The notes: generated from the sequence alone by a model not told the origin. A DNA stretch of 64,000 nt from Acidimicrobiia bacterium UBA2766 (GCA_002352645.1 DEIU01000004.1:234-64233); one strand, 5' to 3'; numbered from the stretch's first letter, positions 1 through 9,433 are shown. A program made the numbers and translations.

Positions 1-938
1 CGGATTTTCGCACGATAGCCGGCCAGGGGATCGCGCGTCCGAGTGCGGATCTGCTCGATACCGTGTACCTGTGTGAACAGCGCCAGGAATGGTACCGCGA
101 CTTTGCCTATGCCAATCGGGAAGAACGGGTGGGCTTTGTTGGCATGTGCACGACGTCGACTCCTGTGCTCGAAGCCGCAGCAGCGATGCGAGATAGTCTC
201 GATTTCGATTTTGCGCACCGCCCAAAGTTTTCAACTTGGGCTGAGGCGCTCAGCGATCTGACGGAACGGGCAGAAGCAGCCGGTTTGCTTGTGATGAGGA
301 GCGGGATAGTCGGGAGTGACTCGCATCGCAAGCTTGACCCGCAAGAGTTCCGGGGGTTCGCTTTGGTCGACGACCTTGCGCCTGTGGTCTTCATCAACAC
401 AACGGATACGAAAGCCGCACAGATTTTCACGCTTGCGCACGAGCTTGCACACCTCCGGCTTGGCCAGAGCGCACTGGACGACCTTCCTGGCGGGGGCTTT
501 TCCGAGAGTGATAGCGAAGACTGGTGCAATCAAGTCGCAGCCGAGTTCCTTGTCCCGCGCGAAGAACTCGAGCAAGAGCACGATTCTGCAAATGGTCCCA
601 CCACGAAGGAGCTTGACCGGCTTGCCTGCTTCTTTAAAGTAAGCACACTCGTTGTGCTCCGTCGGATCTACGAGCTTGGCCAGATTAGCTGGGACGAATA
701 CCAAGTTGTCTACCAGGAGGAGCAAACAAGAGTGCTCGACATTGCCGCGGCCCGGCGAAGTCGCAGTGGTGGAAACTTCTACAAGACAGTTCCGGTACGA
801 ACAAGTAAACGATTCGCGCGGGCGGTCATTACCAGCACGCTTGAAGGCAAAATCCTGTATCGGGATGCAGCACACCTACTTGGTTTCAAGAAACTCTCTG
901 TCCTCTACAAACTCGGTCGGGATCTCGGTATTGCATAA
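1..938 (+). CDS. ImmA/IrrE-family (DUF955/M78-like) zinc metallopeptidase, probably 5'-partial (frame open to window start)
   Basis: ORF 63..938 has an HEXXH motif (FTLAHELAHLRLGQ) typical of ImmA/IrrE peptidases. The reading frame has no stop back to nt 3, so the N-terminus likely lies upstream of the window. Confidence 0.55.
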   Translation, partial: DFRTIAGQGIARPSADLLDTVYLCEQRQEWYRDFAYANREERVGFVGMCTTSTPVLEAAAAMRDSLDFDFAHRPKFSTWAEALSDLTERAEAAGLLVMRSGIVGSDSHRKLDPQEFRGFALVDDLAPVVFINTTDTKAAQIFTLAHELAHLRLGQSALDDLPGGGFSESDSEDWCNQVAAEFLVPREELEQEHDSANGPTTKELDRLACFFKVSTLVVLRRIYELGQISWDEYQVVYQEEQTRVLDIAAARRSRSGGNFYKTVPVRTSKRFARAVITSTLEGKILYRDAAHLLGFKKLSVLYKLGRDLGIA

Positions 939-940
939 AA

Positions 941-1462
941 ATGGCCTATCTACTTGACACGAACGCCTTCATTGAAGCAAAAAACCGCTGGTATGGCTTT
1001 GATTTCTGCCCGGCATACTGGACCTGGCTCGAGTCCATGAATGCAGCAGGGACCGTTTTCAGTATCGAGAAGATCAAAAACGAGATCGAAGCCGTCGACG
1101 ACGAACTTCTTTTCTGGGCGCGAACCCGGGGAGAAGCCTTCTTCTTGCAACCAGACGAAAAAGTGATGGAAAGTCTGACCGAGGTGAACACCTGGGCTGC
1201 GGAGAGCACCCACTACGACCCAGCCGCCATCAGGACCTTCTTTGATATTGCAGATTCGTATCTCGTCGCCCATGCGCACGCGTACGGTCACATTGTCGTG
1301 ACACAAGAACAAAAAGCAGACTCCCGTAAGAAAATAAAAATCCCGAACGCGTGCCTTGAGCTGCAAGTCGAGTATCTCGACGTCTTCAGGATGCTCCGAA
1401 TGGAGGGAGCAAATTTTGTTCTCGGAAACAACCGGCGACCTCCGGAGCCACCTGAAAACTAG
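941..1462 (+). CDS. DUF4411-like PIN-type nuclease domain protein (putative toxin/effector partner of the ImmA/IrrE peptidase)
   Basis: 173 aa, starts MAYLLDTNAFIEAK (PIN-like 'LDTN' acidic start). It begins 3 nt after the upstream peptidase gene. The DUF955+DUF4411 pairing is a recurrent two-gene module. Confidence 0.5.
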   Translation: MAYLLDTNAFIEAKNRWYGFDFCPAYWTWLESMNAAGTVFSIEKIKNEIEAVDDELLFWARTRGEAFFLQPDEKVMESLTEVNTWAAESTHYDPAAIRTFFDIADSYLVAHAHAYGHIVVTQEQKADSRKKIKIPNACLELQVEYLDVFRMLRMEGANFVLGNNRRPPEPPEN

Positions 1463-2016
1463 CCAGTGTCAGTCATCTGTGTGCTGTCTTGTCTGTGATG
1501 TTTGGCCAAATGCGTAGAGGTGATCTTTTCTTCGTTGTCAGTTGTCGAGTGAAGTTGATGAGCCAGTCGTCTGGGTTGTTTGCTGTGATGATCACTTCGC
1601 ATGCAGCTGTTTCGGGTGCAGCAGTGGGTACAGCAGAAGGAAGGGGATGAGTGTTTGGGTGCATGCGTTCTCTTGCCTCTTGAGCGCAGGCCTGGGGTCG
1701 GAAAGATTTTGGCAAGGTCCCCGGAGTGGGGAGGCTTTCCTGGGGCTGGAAAGAGTTCGGGGAGGTGTGTGGTGTAGGAGTTCTTTCTGGCTCGGGGGGC
1801 TTGAAGGGGGCGAGGTTGAGGGGAGAGAGGGGCATATTTTTTTTGGGGTGGCTGTGTATTGTGTTTTTTTCTTGATGGGCTGAATCGATTTTTTTGGAGC
1901 ATTGCGGGTTTTCTGTTTATGCCCTTCTTGCAGGTTTTTCATGTTGTGCGATTGATGTTTTGTTGTCTTTTTTTGAGAAAAGAGGTGTATGGTGCCTCCT
2001 TTTCGTGGCCAATTTT

Positions 2017-2052
2017 GGGAGAAGAAGAGAAGAAGAGAAGAAGAGAGAGAGG
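2017..2052. repeat. (GAA/GAG)n purine microsatellite within a 770-bp non-coding spacer
   Basis: gagaagaagagaagaagagaagaagagagagag read directly; flanked by G-runs at about 1690-1850. Confidence 0.5.
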
Positions 2053-2230
2053 TATCGCTGGGGTATGTGCAGAAGACAGAACCGATAGGGATATGTGCAG
2101 TTCCCTCATTTCCTGTGCCCTTCAGCCTAGGTACTACACATGCAGTCGATTATTGCATGCTGTGAAGAATTGCACAGTTTGGTATCAGCCTCCTTTCTGT
2201 GGGAGTTCGGACCGAGGGACGTGAAGAGAG

Positions 2231-4459
2231 ATGCCACCTTCGACATCTACCCGCAATAGCATCGCAGATCTTGTCGATCGCCGGCGCGCTTTTGCTGCTG
2301 CTGCTGAGCAGCGACGCGAGAGAATCGAAAAACTGAATTTGTCGCTGCAACAGCTGGCTCGTTTGCGCGAGAGGTTGTTGCGTACCTGCGACCAGGACGA
2401 TTTTGTTCATGAAGAAATGCGTATCTTTTACGACAAGATTCAGTCACTTGACGCGGACACTCTGTGTAGGCGCTTGCGGTCAGAGATGCAGGATTATGAC
2501 GGGGCACGTTCCCGTTTTAGCCGTACTACTTTGAATATCGCGGTGATCGGTCGTGCTCGTCAGGGGAAGAGCCGACTGCTGCAGGCGATTACCGGTTTGT
2601 CTTCCCGCGAACTTCCTGACGGAATGGGAGAAAACTGCACTGGTGTGAAGAGCACTATCTATAACAGTCAGACGACTGACCCTCACGGTGAGGTGTTCTT
2701 CCACGATGATGCTTCCTTTATAGGGGATGCAATCGGACCTTATTACGAGATGCTTGCTCTTGGGCCTCCTCCTTCTTCGATTGCTTCGTTTGCGAGCCAC
2801 CGGATTCCGGCGGCTTCCATGGAGGAAATGACCGTTCGTCAGACTGCGATGTATGACCGTTTGCAGATGATGCAGGAGCATCTTGACGAGTACCGTGATC
2901 TGTTGGGTGCAGAAAAGCGTCGTATTCCGCTAAGTCAATTGCGTGAATATGTGGCTCAGGACACTCCGGAAGGACGCCGTGATTACCGTAAGTATTTTGC
3001 GGTACGTCATGTGCATGCATATTGTGCTTTTCCTAATATGGAAGACGCTCCTATCGCGGTGATCGACCTTCCAGGCTTGGGTGATACGGGTTATGGTGAC
3101 GAAGAGCGTTTGCTGAATACGCTGAAGACCGAAGTTGATTTTGCGTTCTTCGTTCGTATGCCGCGCAGTACCGGAGTCGGCGACAGTTGGGCCGACATTG
3201 ATCTTGACTTGTACGACACTGCGAACAGCTCGCTAGAGGCCCTTCGTCTTGCGGACTGGTCGTTTTTGGTTCTGAACAAGGTACAGACCAAGAACAGCAA
3301 TAATGCTGATACTTGCGACATGCTCCGGTCTTCTCTTCCCCGTCAGTTTTTCTCCAGTGCCCAGTGTATTGTGGCGGACTGTGCAGAGGAATCAGAGGTC
3401 GAAGGCAAGGTACTTACCCCCGCTTTGGAATACCTTGAGACGCATCTTGAGGGTCTCGACCGAGAGTACGATGCGTACCATTCGAGAGAGCTTGACAAGC
3501 TTGTGACTGAGGTTGAGGGGACTCTTTCTTTTGCGGGAAGAGCTGTGACGCTGGGGCGAAGCGCCGATGCAGAAGCCCACGAAGTGTACAAAGATCTCTT
3601 CGATGACTTCTGGCACAAGATTTCAACAGGGCTTGAGCGTCTTGTGCGGGAGTTGAAAGAGACTCGTGACAGCGAAGACGAGCACTTCCGTCAGCATGTG
3701 GTTGCTCTCATTGAACACTGTGCAGAGACGGTGCCGCTCCCGACAGAAGACGAGATTTCCTCACGGCGAGACCATCGGGGTTCCTACGACACTGCCTATA
3801 GCGATTTCAGGAACGAGATGCGTTCCCAATTGTCACGCGAGTTCCTTCGCCTTGACAATGTGCTGCATCAGAGCATGGAAGAACTAAAGCAGCGGGTTGT
3901 CGAAATCTTGTGCTCAAGTGTGCGATTGGACCGTTTGGTTTCGATTGATGGTGGAGCGTCTCCCTGGTTGCATGGGTTCGGGAATGAACTGCCTCCGGAC
4001 TATCACCGCTTGAAAGAGGGATTCAGCGTCCTTGCCGGTTTTGAGCTCTCCTATCGTGGATTCATTCACCACCGGATCCGTCGAGAGCTTGATGTGCTGA
4101 CTCCTGACAGTGCAACGTCCTTTTCGCTGCCCACTCCCGCGGATTCTGCAATGGTGCGGGAACGTCTTGACGCGGCCTACCGGGAAGCCCTGCACGAGGC
4201 CGAACCTGCTCTTCTTGCTCTTGCCGCAGAGCCTAGCCAAGCGGCTTTCGGTATTACGGAGGAATTCGTGGACCGTATCTTGCGTGCGAAGCGAGTGGAA
4301 CGAGAGTGGGATGTGTATTTGAATAGGCACCGTCTGGTGCTTTGGCCCGAGGTGTTTGACCGTATCGGGGAATTGATGGAATTGAAGCAGGAGTGGGTGG
4401 AGGCTGTAACCCATGCGAGACATGCGACGGATGATCTCTCCCGCCTGCTTCCCCGGTGA
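2231..4459 (+). CDS. Dynamin-like large GTPase (bacterial dynamin-like protein; LeoA/IniA-like)
   Basis: 742 aa with an N-terminal coiled coil, P-loop G1 (GRARQGKSRLL), dynamin-type G3 (AVIDLPGLGD), an NK-type G4 (LVLNKVQTK) and a long helical C-terminal stalk. Confidence 0.7.
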   Translation: MPPSTSTRNSIADLVDRRRAFAAAAEQRRERIEKLNLSLQQLARLRERLLRTCDQDDFVHEEMRIFYDKIQSLDADTLCRRLRSEMQDYDGARSRFSRTTLNIAVIGRARQGKSRLLQAITGLSSRELPDGMGENCTGVKSTIYNSQTTDPHGEVFFHDDASFIGDAIGPYYEMLALGPPPSSIASFASHRIPAASMEEMTVRQTAMYDRLQMMQEHLDEYRDLLGAEKRRIPLSQLREYVAQDTPEGRRDYRKYFAVRHVHAYCAFPNMEDAPIAVIDLPGLGDTGYGDEERLLNTLKTEVDFAFFVRMPRSTGVGDSWADIDLDLYDTANSSLEALRLADWSFLVLNKVQTKNSNNADTCDMLRSSLPRQFFSSAQCIVADCAEESEVEGKVLTPALEYLETHLEGLDREYDAYHSRELDKLVTEVEGTLSFAGRAVTLGRSADAEAHEVYKDLFDDFWHKISTGLERLVRELKETRDSEDEHFRQHVVALIEHCAETVPLPTEDEISSRRDHRGSYDTAYSDFRNEMRSQLSREFLRLDNVLHQSMEELKQRVVEILCSSVRLDRLVSIDGGASPWLHGFGNELPPDYHRLKEGFSVLAGFELSYRGFIHHRIRRELDVLTPDSATSFSLPTPADSAMVRERLDAAYREALHEAEPALLALAAEPSQAAFGITEEFVDRILRAKRVEREWDVYLNRHRLVLWPEVFDRIGELMELKQEWVEAVTHARHATDDLSRLLPR

Positions 4460-4508
4460 TCCTTTTTGCGATTGCTGAAGATGCACCGATCTTTATATAG
4501 GGAGCGAA

Positions 4509-5600
4509 ATGGTCGGGAGACCCAAGCTCGATAGAGTCGATGTGATGATGCTTGGCCCTTCCGGTGTGGGAAAAACGAGCCTCCTCGCCGCGATGTACGA
4601 GCAATTTGCTGAGAATGTTCACGCTACAAATCTTACGTTGGTGCCGGACAAGTCCAGTCATGACCTATTGGAGAAGCGTCTTCGCGAACTGCGAAGCATT
4701 CCTGATGCGTTTGTCATGAAGGGATGGATGCCCGGCACAAAACAGGGACAGTCTTTTCATTTCCGTATTGGGAAAAATGGCAACGAGGACGATGGCACCT
4801 TTGTTGAGGAAGACGCGGACGAGAAGTCAAAAGACTCGAAACTCGCTGTGTGCTTCCATGATTTTCCTGGTGGGGATATGTCGAGTGATGATCCCGCGCA
4901 TCGCCGGCGAGTCTTGAACCTCTTACGAGAAGCGCGAGCGGTATTTGTTGCCATTGATACGCCTGCGCTTCTTGAACGTGGAGGCAAATGGCACGACAAA
5001 GTGAACCAGCCGGCGCGTGTGACTCGACTTTTCCAAGAAGCCTACGGTGGTATGGACTCAGAGACATTAGACCAACGTCTTGTGGTTTTTTGTCCATTGC
5101 GTTGCGAACGTTATGCGGAGGTTTCGCCGACAACTGGAGTCCGATACAAAAATCAGCGGGAGCGTCGTTCTCTTGGGGATGCGGTAGAAGTCGGGTATGC
5201 AAGCCTCATGCGCTTTTTTCAGGAAAGTGAACTTTTTCGGGAGAAGGTCGCTCTTGTTGTGACTCCTGTACAGACGATTGGCGGTGTGCGCCTTACTCGT
5301 GTCGAAGAAAATAAAGACGAAAACGCTTCTACCTTCTATTTTCGTCATGTAGGGGTTGGGCCTGGGTATGGGCCGGTTGATACCGATCAGCCGCTCCGTT
5401 ACTTGCTGCGTTTTATTTTGCAGTCCTATGTTTCTCGCCAGGAGACAGAGTGGGGGCCGTTCAAGCGGATGCGGCGCTGGTTTGGTGTAGATGAGGAGCT
5501 GGTAGCAGCGGCGCAACAGTTTGCAAATGGCTGTAAGCTCTCTGAAGATTTCCGCATTTTGCAGGGAGACGAGTTGCTTGGCATGGCGCTCGAGTCCTGA
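4509..5600 (+). CDS. Short paralogous dynamin-like GTPase (LeoB/LeoC/IniC-like partner)
   Basis: 363 aa with Walker A (GPSGVGKTSLL) and G3 (CFHDFPGGD), followed by a (V/A)FVAI pattern paralleling the upstream protein's DLPGLGD...FAFFV. It starts 50 bp after the upstream stop on the same strand. Confidence 0.65.
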   Translation: MVGRPKLDRVDVMMLGPSGVGKTSLLAAMYEQFAENVHATNLTLVPDKSSHDLLEKRLRELRSIPDAFVMKGWMPGTKQGQSFHFRIGKNGNEDDGTFVEEDADEKSKDSKLAVCFHDFPGGDMSSDDPAHRRRVLNLLREARAVFVAIDTPALLERGGKWHDKVNQPARVTRLFQEAYGGMDSETLDQRLVVFCPLRCERYAEVSPTTGVRYKNQRERRSLGDAVEVGYASLMRFFQESELFREKVALVVTPVQTIGGVRLTRVEENKDENASTFYFRHVGVGPGYGPVDTDQPLRYLLRFILQSYVSRQETEWGPFKRMRRWFGVDEELVAAAQQFANGCKLSEDFRILQGDELLGMALES

Positions 5601-5624
5601 ACGAACGGCGGGGGAGAGACCTTT

Positions 5625-6299
5625 GTGAAGGCGTTCGTCCAAACGCGCGGTTTTGCGCAGCATGAGGAATATCGATGGTATCCGAGTGAACCGAAAAATA
5701 TCGCATTCTCTGACATTCTTCAGCTTGTCGACTTAGGCGCGCCTTCTGTTGTCTTATGGCGTCACGAGGGAAATCTGCATTGCATGGTTTCAGGCCTCGA
5801 TGCTCGACGAGTGGATTTTCGCGACCGTCCTATCGAAAACTCTCTTGTGGTGATGGGCGGGCCGCGCGAAGGTCTTGACATTCAGTCGATCGCGTCAGAG
5901 GCCCTGCGTTTTCCTGAGACTCTCGCTTGTCTTGTGAGAGATAATATGGACAAAGAAGACGTCAACGGGAATGGGGACCCTCTGGTGCGTCCTCTGCGTC
6001 AAGTGGTGCTCCGTAAAGAGCTTGTTCTCAATGCAAACGATGAAATGGGTGTGCGTAAGGTCGCCAAAGACTCAGAAGAGAAGAGGGTGCATTTGGCGAG
6101 TTTGATTGAGACCACCCGTCTTCCAACGGTAGATGGCCCTCTGCTCCTTTGTACCGATCATAAGCCGGAAAAAGTTCTCGTGGATGCTGGTGTATGGCGG
6201 GGCTTGTCGACGCTGATAGAAGCAAGTGGGTGGAAAATCGTGGGGGAGAAGCCTCGCCGGAAAACCCGGGGTATTGGTCTGCTACGCCGGCGATTCTGA
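5625..6299 (+). CDS. Hypothetical protein, third gene of the GTPase operon
   Basis: 224-aa ORF with a GTG start 25 bp after the upstream stop. No recognisable motif; coding assignment rests on operon context. Confidence 0.45.
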   Translation: MKAFVQTRGFAQHEEYRWYPSEPKNIAFSDILQLVDLGAPSVVLWRHEGNLHCMVSGLDARRVDFRDRPIENSLVVMGGPREGLDIQSIASEALRFPETLACLVRDNMDKEDVNGNGDPLVRPLRQVVLRKELVLNANDEMGVRKVAKDSEEKRVHLASLIETTRLPTVDGPLLLCTDHKPEKVLVDAGVWRGLSTLIEASGWKIVGEKPRRKTRGIGLLRRRF

Positions 6300-6345
6300 G
6301 TTTCCCAACTTTTTGTTCTCTGTGGAGGGCGCAGCTTTCCCACAT

Positions 6346-7584
6346 TCATGGTTTGCTCTCGGTGTTGTGTACCGGCGGGAACCAAAAGGGGCCAAAAGGG
6401 CCTGTCTCTGTCTCTGGCTCTACCCCCAAGAGAACACTCGCGAACATTTTTTCGTAGAGTTGCAAGGTCGCAGCGGGGCCGAAACGAGCGTGCGCCCGCT
6501 CCCGAATGGCATGCTGATTGAATTCCCTGTAGCGGTTCACCGTGTGTGTAATGGCATGTGCCAAAGCCGTTGGATCATTCGGTTTGATAACGCGACCATC
6601 TTCTTCCCCCACAAAATATTCTGGGCCCCCACAGCGTGTCACGACGGTGGGGAGACCGGAAGCCAAAGCCTCCGCTGCCGCCACACAAAAGCTTTCTACT
6701 CTGGAAGGAAGAACGAAAATATGTGCTCTTTCCAAAAACCCGGCTATTGCGGAAGGAGGCTGGAATCCGTGGAATCGAACGCGGTCTGCAATCTGATATT
6801 GCTCGACGAGTTCTTCGGCATCTTTGCGTCCCTCTCCGTCGCCCACGAGGTCGAGTTCAAAGCGGGAGGGAAGCTTGGACATGGCTTTGATAAGCGTGGA
6901 CGTTCCTTTTTGTGGATGGAGCCGACCCACTGCAATAAGACGTACTTGTTCCTTTTCGAGGAGCGTACGCGATGGAAGATGGAATTTGTCTGTGTCGACA
7001 GCAAGAGGAATGGGATAGACGGGACGGTCCAGCATGTCAGCTACATCTGCTGCACAGGACGGACCACTTGCGCAGAGGAGGCGGGCGCGATGTTTCATCG
7101 TCCACATGGAGAATCGTTCAATCCGTCGTTCAGTGACTGCCGCTAAGTCGGGAGCTTCTTCTTGGTAAATGAGAGGAAGACGTAAAAGTGCTGCGACGAT
7201 TGCCGCGGTGACCCCAATGGGATGTGCAAAACGTACATAAACAAGGTCAAAAGGCTGTTCTGCATGGAGACGGCGCGCGCGACGCGCGATCTCGATTGCT
7301 CCCCTTGCCTGCCGGCCTGGTCCGCTTCCTGGCCGCACAAGCGGATCCTCGTAGAGGTTTCCATGGTCAGGTAGAGAAGGCTCGGGAGTTTCCTCACTCA
7401 TGCCGAGAAGCGCGACAGAATGGCCGGCACGGGCCAGAAGATGGGCCACTTCGCGGGCTGGAGTGAGTGCCGTTGGGTTTGTCCTGGTTGGCCAGAAAGG
7501 CATGATCCAGAGAAGGCGAAGAGCGCGCCCTTTGAAAAGGCCAGATGCCGAAATAGCGCGGAGATCTTGCTCACTTATTTTCAT
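6346..7584 (-). CDS. GT4-family (GT-B, group 1) glycosyltransferase
   Basis: C-terminal EX7E-type motif region (VLPSRVESFCVAAAEALASGLPTVVTRCGGPEYF). The true start is probably internal (MPFWPTRT...). Confidence 0.75.
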   Translation of the reverse strand: MKISEQDLRAISASGLFKGRALRLLWIMPFWPTRTNPTALTPAREVAHLLARAGHSVALLGMSEETPEPSLPDHGNLYEDPLVRPGSGPGRQARGAIEIARRARRLHAEQPFDLVYVRFAHPIGVTAAIVAALLRLPLIYQEEAPDLAAVTERRIERFSMWTMKHRARLLCASGPSCAADVADMLDRPVYPIPLAVDTDKFHLPSRTLLEKEQVRLIAVGRLHPQKGTSTLIKAMSKLPSRFELDLVGDGEGRKDAEELVEQYQIADRVRFHGFQPPSAIAGFLERAHIFVLPSRVESFCVAAAEALASGLPTVVTRCGGPEYFVGEEDGRVIKPNDPTALAHAITHTVNRYREFNQHAIRERAHARFGPAATLQLYEKMFASVLLGVEPETETGPFGPFWFPPVHNTESKP

Positions 7585-7958
7585 ATATGCTCACAAGCGG
7601 CAGAAAGTTGGGAGTGTTGACCGGCTGCTGACCGGTGTGGTGTTTTTTCGCTTCCGTCAGGTTGTTCTCCCTTCTAGAGGGCGATCTTTTTGTTGTGAAT
7701 TTCTGTCGTAAAAGCTTTTTCTCACGATTTACCAGATGCATGTGGCTATTGTAGAGAGTTCTGCTATGTGGCAATTTTTAGGAAAAGTTCTCTATAGGGC
7801 GAGAGACTTTTGGTTACTGAAGCTATTGTTGTTGGAGAAACTGTGGCCATGTCAGCAAATTTTCTCCTTATCTTCTAGACTTTGTAGTGGCCTTCTTGTT
7901 TTTTTGCTCCGCGTGGTTTCTCCTATCACTTGGGGTATTTTTTGGCACACTTGTAGTT

Positions 7959-8579
7959 ATGTTCCATTTTTCGCAACAGCATATTGATGCTTTCCTCCAA
8001 GACCTCGCTTCCTCGGCCCCTGCTCCTGGGGGCGGAGCAGTCTCGGCTCTGCAAGTCGCGATGGGTGCAGGGCTTGTCATGATGGTTTGTAACCTTACGA
8101 AAGAGGACCCTGAAGGGCGTGTTGCTGCGACTTTGCAACAGGCTGAAGACCTGAAAACGAGAGCGGTCGCTCTTGCTGATGAGGACGCGGCAGCTTTCCA
8201 AAAGGTGATCGACGCGTACGCGCTGCCGCGTGCGACAGCGGAACAAAAACAAGCACGCTCCAACAATGTGCAAGATGCCTTGAGGGGGGCAGGCAGTGCT
8301 GCGTTACGCATTGTGCAGGCAAGTCTCGAAGTTGTGTGTCTTGCGAGCGAACTTGCCCCTCACGCAAATCCTCATGTCATTACCGATGTGGGATGTGCTG
8401 CGTGTTGTGCACAGGCGGCAGCTGCAGGGGCAGGCTTGAATGTACGAGTGAACGTCTCTTTATTGCGAGACGCTGCTGGGACGGAGGAGATGTTGGCTGC
8501 ATTGAGGGAAAACCTCTCCGCGATAGAAAAAGCCGTTACCGCTACTCTTGTCTTCGTCGAAAAGGACCTGCCCTCATGA
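7959..8579 (+). CDS. Cyclodeaminase/cyclohydrolase family protein (formiminotetrahydrofolate cyclodeaminase / methenyl-THF cyclohydrolase, FchA/FTCD-C-like)
   Basis: HIDAFLQDLASSAPAPGGGAVSALQVAMGAGLVMMVCNLT is the characteristic motif. ORF 7887..8579; probable start is Met25. Its stop overlaps the folD start (ATGA). Confidence 0.7.
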   Translation: MFHFSQQHIDAFLQDLASSAPAPGGGAVSALQVAMGAGLVMMVCNLTKEDPEGRVAATLQQAEDLKTRAVALADEDAAAFQKVIDAYALPRATAEQKQARSNNVQDALRGAGSAALRIVQASLEVVCLASELAPHANPHVITDVGCAACCAQAAAAGAGLNVRVNVSLLRDAAGTEEMLAALRENLSAIEKAVTATLVFVEKDLPS

Positions 8580-9433
8580 TTCCTCTTTTTGGAGCAGATC
8601 TTGTTGCGCGTATTCGAGATGATATCGCCCTTGATGTAGAGGCTTTAGGAGCAAAGGGCATCCGGCCGCGTCTGGTGGTCTTTCTGGTAGGCGATGATGA
8701 TTCGGGTGCTTCCTACCGTAAGAGCATTGTGAAAGCTGCAGAACGATCTGATATCGAATACGAGGAACGTTTTTTTCCTGTTTCAGTCAGCACCGCTGAA
8801 CTCGTGAAAGCTGTGGCAGAACAAAGCCACGATCCAATGATGCACGGTATTCTTCTCCAGACACCTCTTCCTCCCCATATAGATGCAAATATCGTGGCCG
8901 ACGCAATTGATCCGTCAAAAGACATTGACGGGCTTGGGTCGTGCAGCGTGGGTCGGCTGCAATTGGGGCTGGATTGTTTTCCTCCGGCCACAGCCGAAGC
9001 TGTTGTTCGCCTTGCCGAGTTTGCAGAATTTCCTTTTCGCGGGGCACATGCTGTGGTGCTTGGGCGCAGCAACATCGTCGGTAAGCCTTGCGCTGCGCTT
9101 TTATTGCAGCGCAACGCAACAGTTACTATTTGCCATTCGCGCACGCGCGATTTGTGGGCGGTAACCCAAAAAGCAGACCTTGTTGTGGTAGGCGTTGGGA
9201 AGGCAGAATTTTTTGGAAAAAAGTACTTTCGTCCAGATGCCTTCATTATAGATGTGGGTATTCATGTTGTTGAAGGGCGTTTAGTGGGTGATGTGGATGG
9301 CAGTGTCATGAAATTTGGTACAGGTAGGCTTACTCCTGTGCCTGGTGGGGTTGGACCTGTCACGACTGCTCTTCTGATGGAGCATGTCGTTACAGCGGCC
9401 AAAAGAGTCGAGATGTCTTCCAAAGTCTTCTAG
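8576..9433 (+). CDS. folD: Bifunctional methylene-THF dehydrogenase/methenyl-THF cyclohydrolase
   Basis: MIPLFGADLVARIRDDI...YRKSIVKAAE...LLQTPLPPHID; 285 aa; start ATG 8576 overlaps the upstream stop. Confidence 0.85.
   Translation: MIPLFGADLVARIRDDIALDVEALGAKGIRPRLVVFLVGDDDSGASYRKSIVKAAERSDIEYEERFFPVSVSTAELVKAVAEQSHDPMMHGILLQTPLPPHIDANIVADAIDPSKDIDGLGSCSVGRLQLGLDCFPPATAEAVVRLAEFAEFPFRGAHAVVLGRSNIVGKPCAALLLQRNATVTICHSRTRDLWAVTQKADLVVVGVGKAEFFGKKYFRPDAFIIDVGIHVVEGRLVGDVDGSVMKFGTGRLTPVPGGVGPVTTALLMEHVVTAAKRVEMSSKVF

Noticed and set aside
6226-7146. 306-aa plus-strand ORF
   Set aside because: Lies entirely antisense to the well-supported GT4 glycosyltransferase (6346-7584, minus). It has a Cys/Trp-rich odd composition and no motif, so it is a shadow ORF.
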